Shown: positions 53,951 through 64,000 of the stretch, one piece after another
Layout: each line of letters opens with the position of its first letter
Position numbering within the stretch: the stretch's first letter is position 1
Assembly: GCA_024679065.1 (NCBI GenBank)
Contig: JAGIQG010000003.1
Coordinates: 48,546,001 to 48,610,000 of the forward strand
Direction of reading: 5' to 3'
DNA: 64,000 nucleotides
Source of the DNA: Sphyrna mokarran
Lineage: Eukaryota
Made by a program: the position numbers and the translations under genes
Notes under the pieces: generated by a model
Seen by the model: only the letters and a program-made list of their open reading frames with translations
What the model was told of the DNA's origin: nothing
Database searches by the model: none

Positions 53951-56046
53951 TAGGTGTTTGGGCGGTGGGAGGTTGGTGGAGAGAAAAGATGCTTCAAACA
54001 ACCCAAACATCTTATTTTTTCCCTAATTTGTATTGGTTCATGAGAAATTATTTTTGTGCCTCGTTTCACTTCTTAGTATGGATTCCCATCCTAGAAGAAC
54101 TAGATACATTTTATGACATCCAATACGACGGCGATAATGGTTTTGCCGTTTGAGCGCTGAGATCCGTCCAATAAGGTTCTGCTCATTAGCAGACTAAAAT
54201 AAGTATCGTAACTGCAAGGAAATTAAAATGTTCTCCTGATGCTAAATGGTATTGATATCCAGTAATTAGCATTATTCAAGGTTAATGCATCTATATATAT
54301 ATCCATATATATTATCGAATGTTTATTCCTTTGTTGATTTTTGCAAGGCAACATTATGCTGTCAAGGACACAGATTAAAACCCATACAATAAATACCGCA
54401 TTAATATGTTAAGCTGCTTTGCAATTCTCAGATGCAAGTCTGGTGTTAAATTATGCATGTGTGATATCGAAATAATTTTATCTGCAAGTAGCATCACATG
54501 AGGAAGTTTCCCAGAAACATATACTGGTGGAGAAAACTTTGGTGCATTTCGGAATTGTGAAGCCAAATTCACTTTCGATCAAACGGAACTAAATTAAGAC
54601 CCTAGTGTGTCGTATACAATGCATAATGGAGCGTATTGTTGTCAACTCGGTTATTTGTTTACCATAACTTAAACAAATGCAATGTATACAAACAGACTAC
54701 TTTTCTGAACCCCATTAGTCTATTTTATTCTGATGAGCTACCTCTATCAGCCCATTACAAAGCAATAAATAAATCCTACTAGAAAGTAAAATAAAATGTG
54801 TCTGCTAAAGTTAGCTTTGTTTGACTCTTCGGTGATTTCTGTATCAAAATCTAATTTCCATAACATGTTTTCAGATTTCTGATTTTCCACATGTGCATTT
54901 GAACTTTGGACGCAAGTATCATTTACATCAGAAAGCAAAAAAAATTGCATTGTAAAGGATAGCGGGGAGACTTTTAGAACAAAATAGCTGTGTGACAATT
55001 AGAATGTAAAAATGACTAATAATTATGCAGAATTGTTTTCTTTATAACTAGGGTAGGTAACAGAAGAAGAAGTTGCTGGGGGGGATCATTACAAGACTAC
55101 ATTTGCTATAGTGCATTTTAAACAATATTGTTTGAAAATATATAACGGTTCTTGAAATATGCAGTTTACAGACCTCAACGTAAATGAATTCTGAATGACA
55201 GGAAGACCTGCATAAAATCTAATAGACATTATCTAATGCAGCGCTTCTAGTAAATAGCACGATTCAAATATTCGTATCAAAGGCTAGTTAGTTTTGTTAC
55301 TATTTAAAAAGTTCAATTTATTCTCGCATTTTCTGACCCAAAAATGTGAAATCGTCTACACTGAGCAGCAGTCAAATGAGAATTTGTTGGAAGAATGTTA
55401 TTTCATTATATCCAGAGAAACCGCAACACGAAGTGCACAAAGCAATCGCAAGTCTCCCCGCTACCCCTCAATGGTTCTTTGCACAGCCTTTTTCTTTTGC
55501 AGGTCTGTTTGATGGTTTGGAACGCTGGTCGATTTGTTCAGGTCAAGTTGCTGCTAAGTTTACCTCGTTATCGTATTACAAGCTGGAAACCCCCATAAGA
55601 ATACTATACAGCTTGATGCAGATGGTACTGTAACAGAGGGCGCATGCTAGCAATTTCCCAATAGCAGCTGCAGCTGCCGCTGGCCTATCAACCACAACTT
55701 CTCCGAAACTTCCAGTAAATTAATTATCAGTTCTAACGGCACTGAGCTATTTAATTCATGGCAGTGGCATACAGTGTCGACATCTGAAGATTATGTAAAC
55801 ATAAATAGTTTTCTTTGTGTGCTGTTGTATGGATATTTTCATTTGTTTCCCCTGCACGTAAAGCCAAGTGTAGAAGTACAGTATTGTATTTATTTCGAAC
55901 AGAAGTACGACCCGCAACCTTAGCTTAAAAATAAATAAGATCACTAGCACATTAAGACGTTATGGTACCAAATTCGACTGAGGTATACATTTTGCTATAT
56001 TCCAAAAGACCAGGTGCATGTATGTAATAGGGTGTATTTGCCTTAC

Positions 56047-56255
56047 TTGCACTCTGGCTTCTGAGAGCCCCAGCCTCTGACTCAGCTCTTCTCTCATAAA
56101 TGCATCCGGATAATGGGTTTCATCGAACAATCTCTCTAGCTCATTTAGCTGCTCCAGTGTGAAGTTAGTCCGACTTCGCCGTTGTTTAATTTTTGTCTGC
56201 GCCTCTTCTTCTACAGGTTTGGCATCTTCTTTCCTCTCTTTAATATCTCCACTCC
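56047..56255 (-). CDS. SHOX2: SHOX2 coding exon 2 (209 nt; homeodomain helices 1-2 and start of helix 3)
   Basis: Not in the ORF track. Manual translation: (G)[69 protein letters not shown]. Acceptor TTTGTAG|GG and donor CAA|GTAAGG; phase matches exon 1. Confidence 0.98.
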
Positions 56256-58601
56256 CTACAAATGATCATTACACGCTATAATTACACGGATGTTTTCAGG
56301 TCCGGAAATCGGCAAGAATGATTTGAAATGACCACATACAAAAGTTATCAGATGTAGGAAGTTTTAAGATAAAGAACAAGTTGTCTCCACTACAATCAGA
56401 AAAGGCTTCGTTGATTATAAGCATAATTGTAACTTCTTGCCTTTTCCAACAAACTTGGAGTACGTATAGCTTTTTTTATTACTATCCTTTCACTGTCTGA
56501 AGCAGACATGTAAATACAGGGAACTGAAATGTTATACATGCTTTTCTATGCATACATTGTCCTTAAAAACTCAGCATTCAGTAAAAACGGTTTTTTTTCA
56601 CGGTGATGTTTCTATCATCGTCCAAGTTAATCTTTACTTTCAGAATTTTCTTAAGGTACACTCTAGCGAAATGATAAACTTCTACATTCAGTGGCGTCGG
56701 CCACATTGTGATCACAATAGCCAGCACCTTTGAGTATTAAAGATGCGCTCACCATTTATTGAAATAACTCGATTCAGTAAATTTGTCATTGTATTCAGAG
56801 AACGATGTTTAATTAAGCCATTTTAAATATACTACTAGAAATGTTCAGCATCTGTTCTTTAATTCCGCTTGCTTAGTCCTTAATTTGTTGAGAAGAATCA
56901 AATGCTACAGCACGCGTTAAATTGTGACAAAGAACCAACTTTGAATAGCTGGACTGCAGCATTTATTAATTATGAAGCGTGGAACCGATCAAATTAAAGC
57001 TCCCAAATGTTTGGGCTTTAGATTTGGTTATCATGCCTTTTTTACGAAAGGTATAAACCAAACCCTATTAACACAGCGAGTTGAGACTAGGATACAACGC
57101 AGAGATTAACTACAACATTTTCTATTCAGGACCAAACATTTTCAACCAGAACATCTTATATCAGAAAGACCTTTTGTTCGGATTTCTGAAATGTTCGCAT
57201 TTTTTAACGAAATAAAAATCCAACGTATTAATGTTTAGTATAGAGTATCTTTTCAAAGTGCTGTACAATTACGTGAGCATTAATATGCTTTATCGCCTGA
57301 AACTCGGCAAACTTGCTCACCAGTGCTATTATTATAATGGCCATGAGAATGAATAGTATCTTCTTTTTAAAAAAAAGTGGAACAACATCTGTCAAATACA
57401 CGTGTACATTAAACGGAGATGAGAAATATACTGCGCCACTCATTATTGGCAGCGTTAAGGCGTGAAAGGATCGCATGTTACACTCAAGGGGAGATATAAG
57501 CAGTCGGATTTTTTTGTTGTTCCAATTTATAGCCAAGTCAGATAAAAGGAGAACAGATCGAGCAAAAAAAAAAAATGCTGCTTTTGCGAATGTTGTCCAC
57601 ATCTAAAATGTAATGACATTTATTCTATTAAGGAGAACTGGTTCATTTTATTTAACCACGAGAACCCCATTTATTATCATAAATTAATTTGCCGAAGAAA
57701 GTATCACAAAATGATTAATGGAATGGTTATATTTAGCAAGGATGGTGGATACTATGTTTGTATTGCTGTAAGCATATTCGGTGGTCATTTTAGGCTCCTC
57801 AAAACGACAATATTCTGTGTCATGTAGTTTGCAAAGTATCGTGAACAGAAGTGTGTTGCTTAATAAGTGGCCTTATAAATGGCGTCCGATATAAAGTAAC
57901 AGGATTTGTTTATTAAATCATTTCCGGACGATGCGCTGGGATCGTATTCCCATTTCAGCAAGGGAAAAAAACTTTGTATAGCAGCGTCTAGTGTAAACAT
58001 ACCAACAAGATTAGTTCCGTCATTGTCATCTACCTATCGCTAAACGTCTTTAAAAAGCAATGTATCGCAACTGACTTTGAATATTCTTTTAATAAAACAC
58101 TCCCATTGGCATTATTCTGCGTATCTCCGAATCATATTTATTTAAAACTGACACTAGGCGGAAGTGCACACTCTTTATCAACAAAAACCTGAAGAAGCTA
58201 TTAAGTTTTGCCCTATAATTGTTGTTGATTGAACTGCGTGCGTCACCGAATCCTTCTGTAAACATCCTTTCCTCTCGGTGTTATCCCGGACATATTTCGC
58301 TTTCCTTATCAATGAGCAACTTTCACTTTATGTGATGTAAATTACTGGTGGTGCTGTAATTAAACACCATTCCTATATTATAGCTAGGATTTACTGTAAT
58401 TGAGTTATATAAAACCACTGACTTAAATTGGTACAATGTTCAATAGTTTACTCCAAATACGCTTATATCCATTGAATTTAATAATAAGGCTGATACCGTT
58501 GAAAATGACCGTAAATAAATCAGTCTAGCATTGACACAGCACCACGCGGGCCATCTGAAGTCACGCTAACTACCATCTGTATGAGTATGAGGCTTATTTA
58601 C

Positions 58602-58848
58602 CAGGATCAGTTAGTTTCGGAGTGCCGCTGTCCCGAGGTCTCTCTGGCCCGATCTCTGGCTCAGTGCTCGGGGATCGAGACGCCCCACGCTGTGCGCTGA
58701 TCACTTCATCCCGGCTGCCTTCACTCATACTCGGCTCTCGAGCTCGCACAGGCCCGCTCTCCAGAACTTCTCTGTACGTGATCCCATCCTTCTTTTCTTT
58801 CACCTTTTGATCAAAAGACTTCGAAACAAAAGCTGTAAGTTCTTCCAT
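58602..58848 (-). CDS. SHOX2: SHOX2 coding exon 1 (247 nt, ends in phase 1)
   Basis: Encodes [33 protein letters not shown]...PKLTDP. 'QKVKEKK' and 'ESGP' fit SHOX2 rather than SHOX (QKSKDG/ESGL). Kozak context GCGGCAATGG; donor CTG|GTAAAT at 58602/58601. Confidence 0.97.
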
Positions 58849-59016
58849 TGCCGCTCAGAGAAATATGTCCCTGTCTTTCCTTATTCTCGCCAATACATCA
58901 ACCAGGCAATGTTTGTCTGTGGTACCGTCGTCTCGGAATTGAAATGCAAACCTGATCTTCCAGAATTCGGTCGCTCGGAGGTGTAGATCTAGTACTGATG
59001 CGCTATTGAAGTCAGA

Positions 59017-59290
59017 CTATTTATACTTTGCAATGCTTTCCCAGCTGCGCCCCTTGTACTCAGCAATTACCTCCCCTTGTACTCTTGATGTGTCCCCACT
59101 CCTGGAACACAGTTATCATCAGCCCCTGGGCTGCAACTCATACCTAGCGGCTGCTATTGGCCATTAATCCACCACTGACAAGCATTCGTAATTAATTTAA
59201 TTAGCGAGTATTACTGCTATTGTTATTACTTAGCTAAACACGGGGGAGCTGGGATGGCACTGGGGTGTGGCCAATAGGAATGACACATCT
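59017..59290 (-). promoter_or_regulatory. SHOX2: SHOX2 proximal promoter: TATA box, CCAAT, homeodomain-site cluster
   Basis: Minus-strand TATAAATAG at 59017-59025, about 170 nt above the ATG. CCAAT (minus) at 59156-59160, TAATCC at 59165-59170, TAATTAATTTAATTA at 59189-59203, second CCAAT (plus) at 59271-59275. Confidence 0.65.
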
Positions 59291-61092
59291 TCGAGCGCGG
59301 TGACTGGATCGTCCCCAAAGCCAGCGACATTAAAACACCAAAGCACGTTAAAATCAGGTAAACTTTTGATTTGCTTAAGGTAAATCAAAATGTTATTTAC
59401 AGCGTATGTAATAGCTTTTAAACAATACACGCACAAAATATTTTTAAAAAATGCATACATACTTTTGCTTGATAATCTGCTCGCCTATTTTTTCCTGAAT
59501 TATGTCCGCTTTGCTTTAAGACATTTTTGTTCGCTAATTTAAACGCATGCCTGCATTGTAAATAATATCATTTGGCCATGTTTCTGTATTGTTACTCGAA
59601 ATAGAAGTGCACAGATAAAAGTGATGTATCACTTAAGTCATTGCTGCTGTACTCTTGAATGCGCTTTAGACCTTCAGTTGGCAGGTATTGTATATAACAG
59701 CATGCAGACAAAACAAGGTTGAATGGTATCTTTGATGTACATTTATATTTGAGGAAACCGCACACACTGAACTCATGTCAATTTATGCGGACATCCACCG
59801 CTCGATGCAATGTTTGAGGAGATGCTTTATGTATTTTATGCAGTCTTCATACTTTCTGCACACTTTCTAAAAGTATGAAATGGAGCACTGAAATAATCAA
59901 AGTAATGAACGAAAGTAAATCAATTCACCAAATCCTTGTCCAAAACGGACTTTAAATGCAAAACTTTAAACATGAGAAATTTTGAAAGTATTGAATAATA
60001 AAGTATTGAATAATAATAATAAATACTGTCATATTGGTAAATTACATTCTTTGCAAATCTTATTTTTTCACTTAAATATCGAAATGCCGTGCGTGTTTGA
60101 TTGAATCTTAAGAAATGTAATTTACAATTAGCAGTGCCATAATACACAAATATTTAATTGTGGTTTAAAGATCGATTACTTGCATTTCTCACATGTTGTT
60201 CATCGACTTAATATTTGTAAGTATAAAACGTCCATCCTTCGTATAAAATATATCGAATTATCACAAAGATGAAACTGGACCTTAACTATATTATATCTGT
60301 TCAGCTACATTATTCGATCTGAATGATTTGGACGAATATTTTGCTGCACCTTGCCAAAGAGATGCGTTTATTTAAATAGAATTCTCTATTCTTCACAAAG
60401 CAATATGATAAATTGTGTTACGCAATTTTAATTAAAAGAAACCGACTTGGGGAAAAGGGTGATCCATCCATTAATCCATCATTATATGAACTTTGATATG
60501 GAGATTAATTGTTTTAATGCAGTACGTCCGAATGAAAATTCAAGTGCACAAATTTGTTTCAGTGAAACAGACAATGTTGCAATTTCTATTCGCTAATATT
60601 TAGCATAAAATCCTGCAATTATAGATATTTTGACAAAATTAGTTTAAACAACTTTGCGATCAGCTAAACCGTCAAATAACGAACACAATCATTTCAGTGA
60701 TGTTCAGAACTTTGCAAAGAAACGCTCTTTATGGAAGAAAAACATAATTTTTCAGAATAGTTTATTCTTACGGAAACATTAAGTAACACATGCGCTTGAA
60801 ACATAACGCTGTAATTCTCATATGCCTTGCTTAGTGCACCATATTTAAAATACAAACAGTTCTCAAAGTTGTTTAATATAGAGAAATATTAATGGCCACG
60901 AAATTTAAGATGGTGTATGAAAGTCCACAGGGTACCGCAATAAAAATTCTTGCGCATGCGAAAGCACAACTTCGTTCATAGACTAGGGATTGATTCAAAA
61001 AACGTGCATAGTTGTTGGCATCAGTATATTGCAAACATTAGAATTTACTTTTCATCAATTACTGCACGTTTCACCGAAGGTATTTCGGAAAT

Positions 61093-61967
61093 AAAGGATT
61101 TGTTTCCTTTTAATAATTACAACATTTGTGTATTGAGTATCTTGTTTTAGCTCTACTTCTCCAGACGTTTTTTTTGAAAAAATAAACCGATTTGATTTAT
61201 TAGCATTTGATAAGCATTCAATCTGATGTCCGTGCAACTTCAAATGGAACATTATATATTATGTTCATCCATAAGTCACATTTTCACCAGTAAACTGAAA
61301 TTGTTTCTTTTTTAAGTAGGTGGGAATTGCACTATAAGTTTTTTATTGTTTGTTTTTACTGCGCTAAGTGTACATAAACACTTGGGATTTTATGACGAGT
61401 AGTTACTTTAATTAGTTTGGGACTTGTAGAAATATATTAATTTACAACACAGCGATCTCCCATCCTGGGGAGCAAATTCAGCACAACTTTCAATTTGTCC
61501 AGAACATTTAAAAAAAATTCTGGTGGAGCACTGAAACTTAACCACGCTCAACTTTCCCGTAATTGTCACAGATATGACTGGGAACATATGGCATTTGTTG
61601 GCTATCCCAATGTCCAAAATAATTGTTCTGACCTTTTTGAACGCGAACGTACATACCTAAATATCTCACTATTCCATCTCTTCTAAAAGTAAATGCTTGA
61701 TACAGAGACACATACTTAACGAAGAAGTGTTGTTGCCCAGTCTCATGCGCAGAGGCAAACCCTTAGCAAGTACAAAAATAATTATTAATTCATGAAATAT
61801 GAAACGGCTTCGGCACTGCTTCCAGTCATGCCACTCAGCTTCTACAAGTAACAAAATAATAAGTGTAGATTTTCCAAAGCGATTTGTTTCTTTTTATAAT
61901 TATAACATTTGTATATTGAGTATCTTGTTTTAGCTCTACTTCTTCAGACCTTTTTTTTTTGAAAAAA
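61093..61967 (+). repeat. Direct repeat pair (~90 bp; 61093-61182 and 61876-61967)
   Basis: Both copies share 'gatttgtttc...ataatta(c/t)aacatttgt(g/a)tattgagtatcttgttttagctctacttct(c/t)cagac..(T)n gaaaaaa'. Confidence 0.9.
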
Positions 61968-62039
61968 CAAAAAAATGCTGCATATGTATGTAAGCAAATC
62001 TGTAGTTTATCCTTTTTCTTTTTAATTTTAATAACTATT

Positions 62040-62530
62040 GACGCATCCCCTATTGCACTCTGAGCCTGGCAGCACTGCTCACTGGCAGAGGCAGAGGTAG
62101 ATAGAAACTTCCCCAGCAGCAGCAGCAGCCTGGCCTGAGCGAGCTCGCCGCCTGAAGGTTCGGGGTCAGCGATCAATCAGTCAATCAATCACTCGGGGGT
62201 TGCTTTGTCTACCCTGTTCAGGCGAGAGCAGATCGGCGGTCGGCTGAGCGGGTCTGTTCAGAGATGGCGCCCTCCTGGCGGCCGCTTCTCCTTTAGTTGA
62301 GGGCCGGTGGCGCTCGTGCAGGTATTTACCGAAATCGGGCAGGGGGCAGGGAGCAGGGAGAGCGGCCCGCCCGCTTTTCAGCTTCCCCCCACCACCCTCC
62401 ATCTCTCTCTGTATGAGGGAGGGAGGGAGCGAGAGAGACAGCTGAGGCCTAAACACAGCGTCTCGGCCGCTTATCTCTACGTCAGTGTGCCCAATTCTTG
62501 GTGAGGGACCGCGGGGAACGGTCGAGAACA
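62040..62530 (+). promoter_or_regulatory. CpG-island promoter and non-coding first exon(s) of a divergent gene, probably RSRC1
   Basis: GC/CpG-rich block with a YY1-like AGATGGCG (62262-62269) and plus-strand donors CAG|GTATTT (62321/62322) and TTG|GTGAGG (62500/62501). RSRC1 lies head-to-head with SHOX2 in mammals. No RSRC1 coding exon is in the window, so the identity is inferred. Confidence 0.55.
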
Positions 62531-63030
62531 TAGCGGGGTGGGGGGAGAGATTTGGGAATACGGGGAGGGGTGGGGCTATGAGGTGGTGATGGGTGGCAGG
62601 GTGTTATGAGGGTGGTGGGAGGTATCATGAAACTGGTGGGTATGTGGATGGTGAGAAAATGGTGGGGTGTATGAGGGGAACGGTAGGGAGTATGGAGGGT
62701 TGGTGAGGGAGTACGAGGGTGGTGGGGAAACAGTGGGGGATACAAGGGTGATGAAGGTGGTGGGGGATGGTTGAGGGAGTATGAGGGTGGTAGGGGACAG
62801 TGGAGTCTGGGGGAATGTGATGGAAAAGGTAGTAGTGAGGGAAGAGGGTGACATTAGGTGGGTAACAGCTGGTGATGTGTGAGACAACTGCTCTTGTGGG
62901 GGGGCAACTGGTGTGAGAGGGAGGGTTTGCGGAGAATGTGATGTTGGTAGATGGGGATGATAGTGGGTTGGGAGTGGGGGTGGAGGAAGGTTGGTAGAGA
63001 CAGTGGCCTTCCGGGGTGGGGGAGGGGTAA
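62530..63030 (+). repeat. G-rich, C-poor low-complexity tract
   Basis: Degenerate 'tatgagggtggtggggga' units with extreme G over C skew. Confidence 0.85.
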
Positions 63031-63169
63031 GCCTTTGAGGCTGTCCTCCACCCAGGAAACTAAGTCACTTATGGTCAGGGAACTCTATGTCTTGAGTGTT
63101 GGCCCCTGATAGTCTTCTGTCTGTGATTTACAGCTTGTTATTTTGTTGCTTTTTAAAAAAAAGTCATTT

Positions 63170-63600
63170 ATAGACTATGAGCATTGCTGGCTAGGCCAGC
63201 ATTTACTACCCACCTCTAGTTGCTTTGTGAAGGTGGTGGTGAGCTGCCTTCATGAACTGCTGCAGTCAATGCTCAAGAATGGATCAGCAAACCCATGTCT
63301 ATTCTCTGCTTGCTCTAAAATTCAAATTCAAAATCCAATTGAATCCAATTCATTCTTCCAACAAGATATTCAAACAAGATTCAAACTGACAAGATAAGGA
63401 ACTGCAACCTATCTTGGGCTTGATTTGACGCTTTCTGAGGTGTAATACACCCACAGTGCTGCTAGGAAAGAAGTTCCATCATTTTGACTCAGTGAAATGA
63501 AGGAACATTGATATATTTCCAAGTCAGGATGGTGAGTGACTTGGAGGGAAACTTCAGGTGATAGTTTCCTAAAGATCTGCTGCTTTTATCCTTCTAGATC
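63170..63600 (-). mobile_element. LINE 3' end (antisense), interrupted
   Basis: 'gagcattgctggctaggccagcatttactacccacctctagttgctttgtgaaggtggtggtgagctgcc' is the reverse complement of the tail type at 18270-18325 and 46990-47045. Confidence 0.65.
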
Positions 63601-64000
63601 AGGGTCTCCAAATTATGGTCTGTGGGCCACATCTGGATCGGAGTTCGTTCTAGATGGTAGTGGGTTCGAAAGAAACTGCCCACAAAATGCAGTAATGTGG
63701 CAACATTTCTGGAATGCAAATCAAAAGTTCTGTTTACAAAAGCAGATGTCTCTGCTTAAAGCACAGTTGTGGGCTTTATTGTTGCAGACTTGAGAACAAT
63801 TTGAATCCGTTGCTTTGTTTGAAAATTGTTTTTTTCCTCATGTTCATTGATTGCATTTCAGTTTCAAAATATTTTCAATTTACCTATAAACAATTACTTT
63901 TGTTGCTGGCAAGAGAAGAGGCTGGAAAACATAATGTTTAAGCTGCGATTGGATTTGATTCTGTCCCAGAGTATCAGCCCTGCACATCTGGGTTACTCGC

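Noticed and set aside
50063-58848. Assignment of the gene as SHOX instead of SHOX2
   Set aside because: KVKEKK, TKIKQ, NQLHK, SQFEAC, YVNVG, the 12-aa optional insert and KTTSK...KAKKHAAAL all match SHOX2.
62181-63051. Pro/His/Thr-rich minus-strand ORFs
   Set aside because: Translation artefacts of the CpG island and the G-rich low-complexity tract.

Overview
Vertebrate genomic DNA, almost certainly a shark: the repeats are HE1-type V-SINEs, a SacSINE1-like DeuSINE, CR1/L2 LINEs, Penelope fragments and Harbinger-type elements. The only intact protein-coding gene I can reconstruct is SHOX2 on the minus strand. It has 5 coding exons (58848-58602, 56255-56047, 53741-53684, 53322-53234, 50341-50063), all introns are GT-AG with matching phases, and the CDS is 882 nt / 293 aa with a Q50 paired-like homeodomain and an OAR tail. 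A CpG-rich plus-strand promoter at about 62.0-62.5 kb is probably the head-to-head neighbour RSRC1 (synteny inference only). Positions 1-47 kb look like the gene desert 3' of SHOX2: decayed transposons interspersed with repeat-free, motif-dense blocks that resemble developmental enhancers. I found no new protein-coding system. The best leads are regulatory or evolutionary: a ~15 kb CpG-retaining domain with a sharp edge, a Pbx-Hox/Meis/Fox and a Nkx2/GATA candidate enhancer, a conserved 36-nt alternative acceptor, a 5-codon uORF, a pre-miRNA-sized perfect hairpin, and a two-gene Harbinger fossil. Repeat boundaries are approximate, and family calls come from recognised motifs, not database searches.
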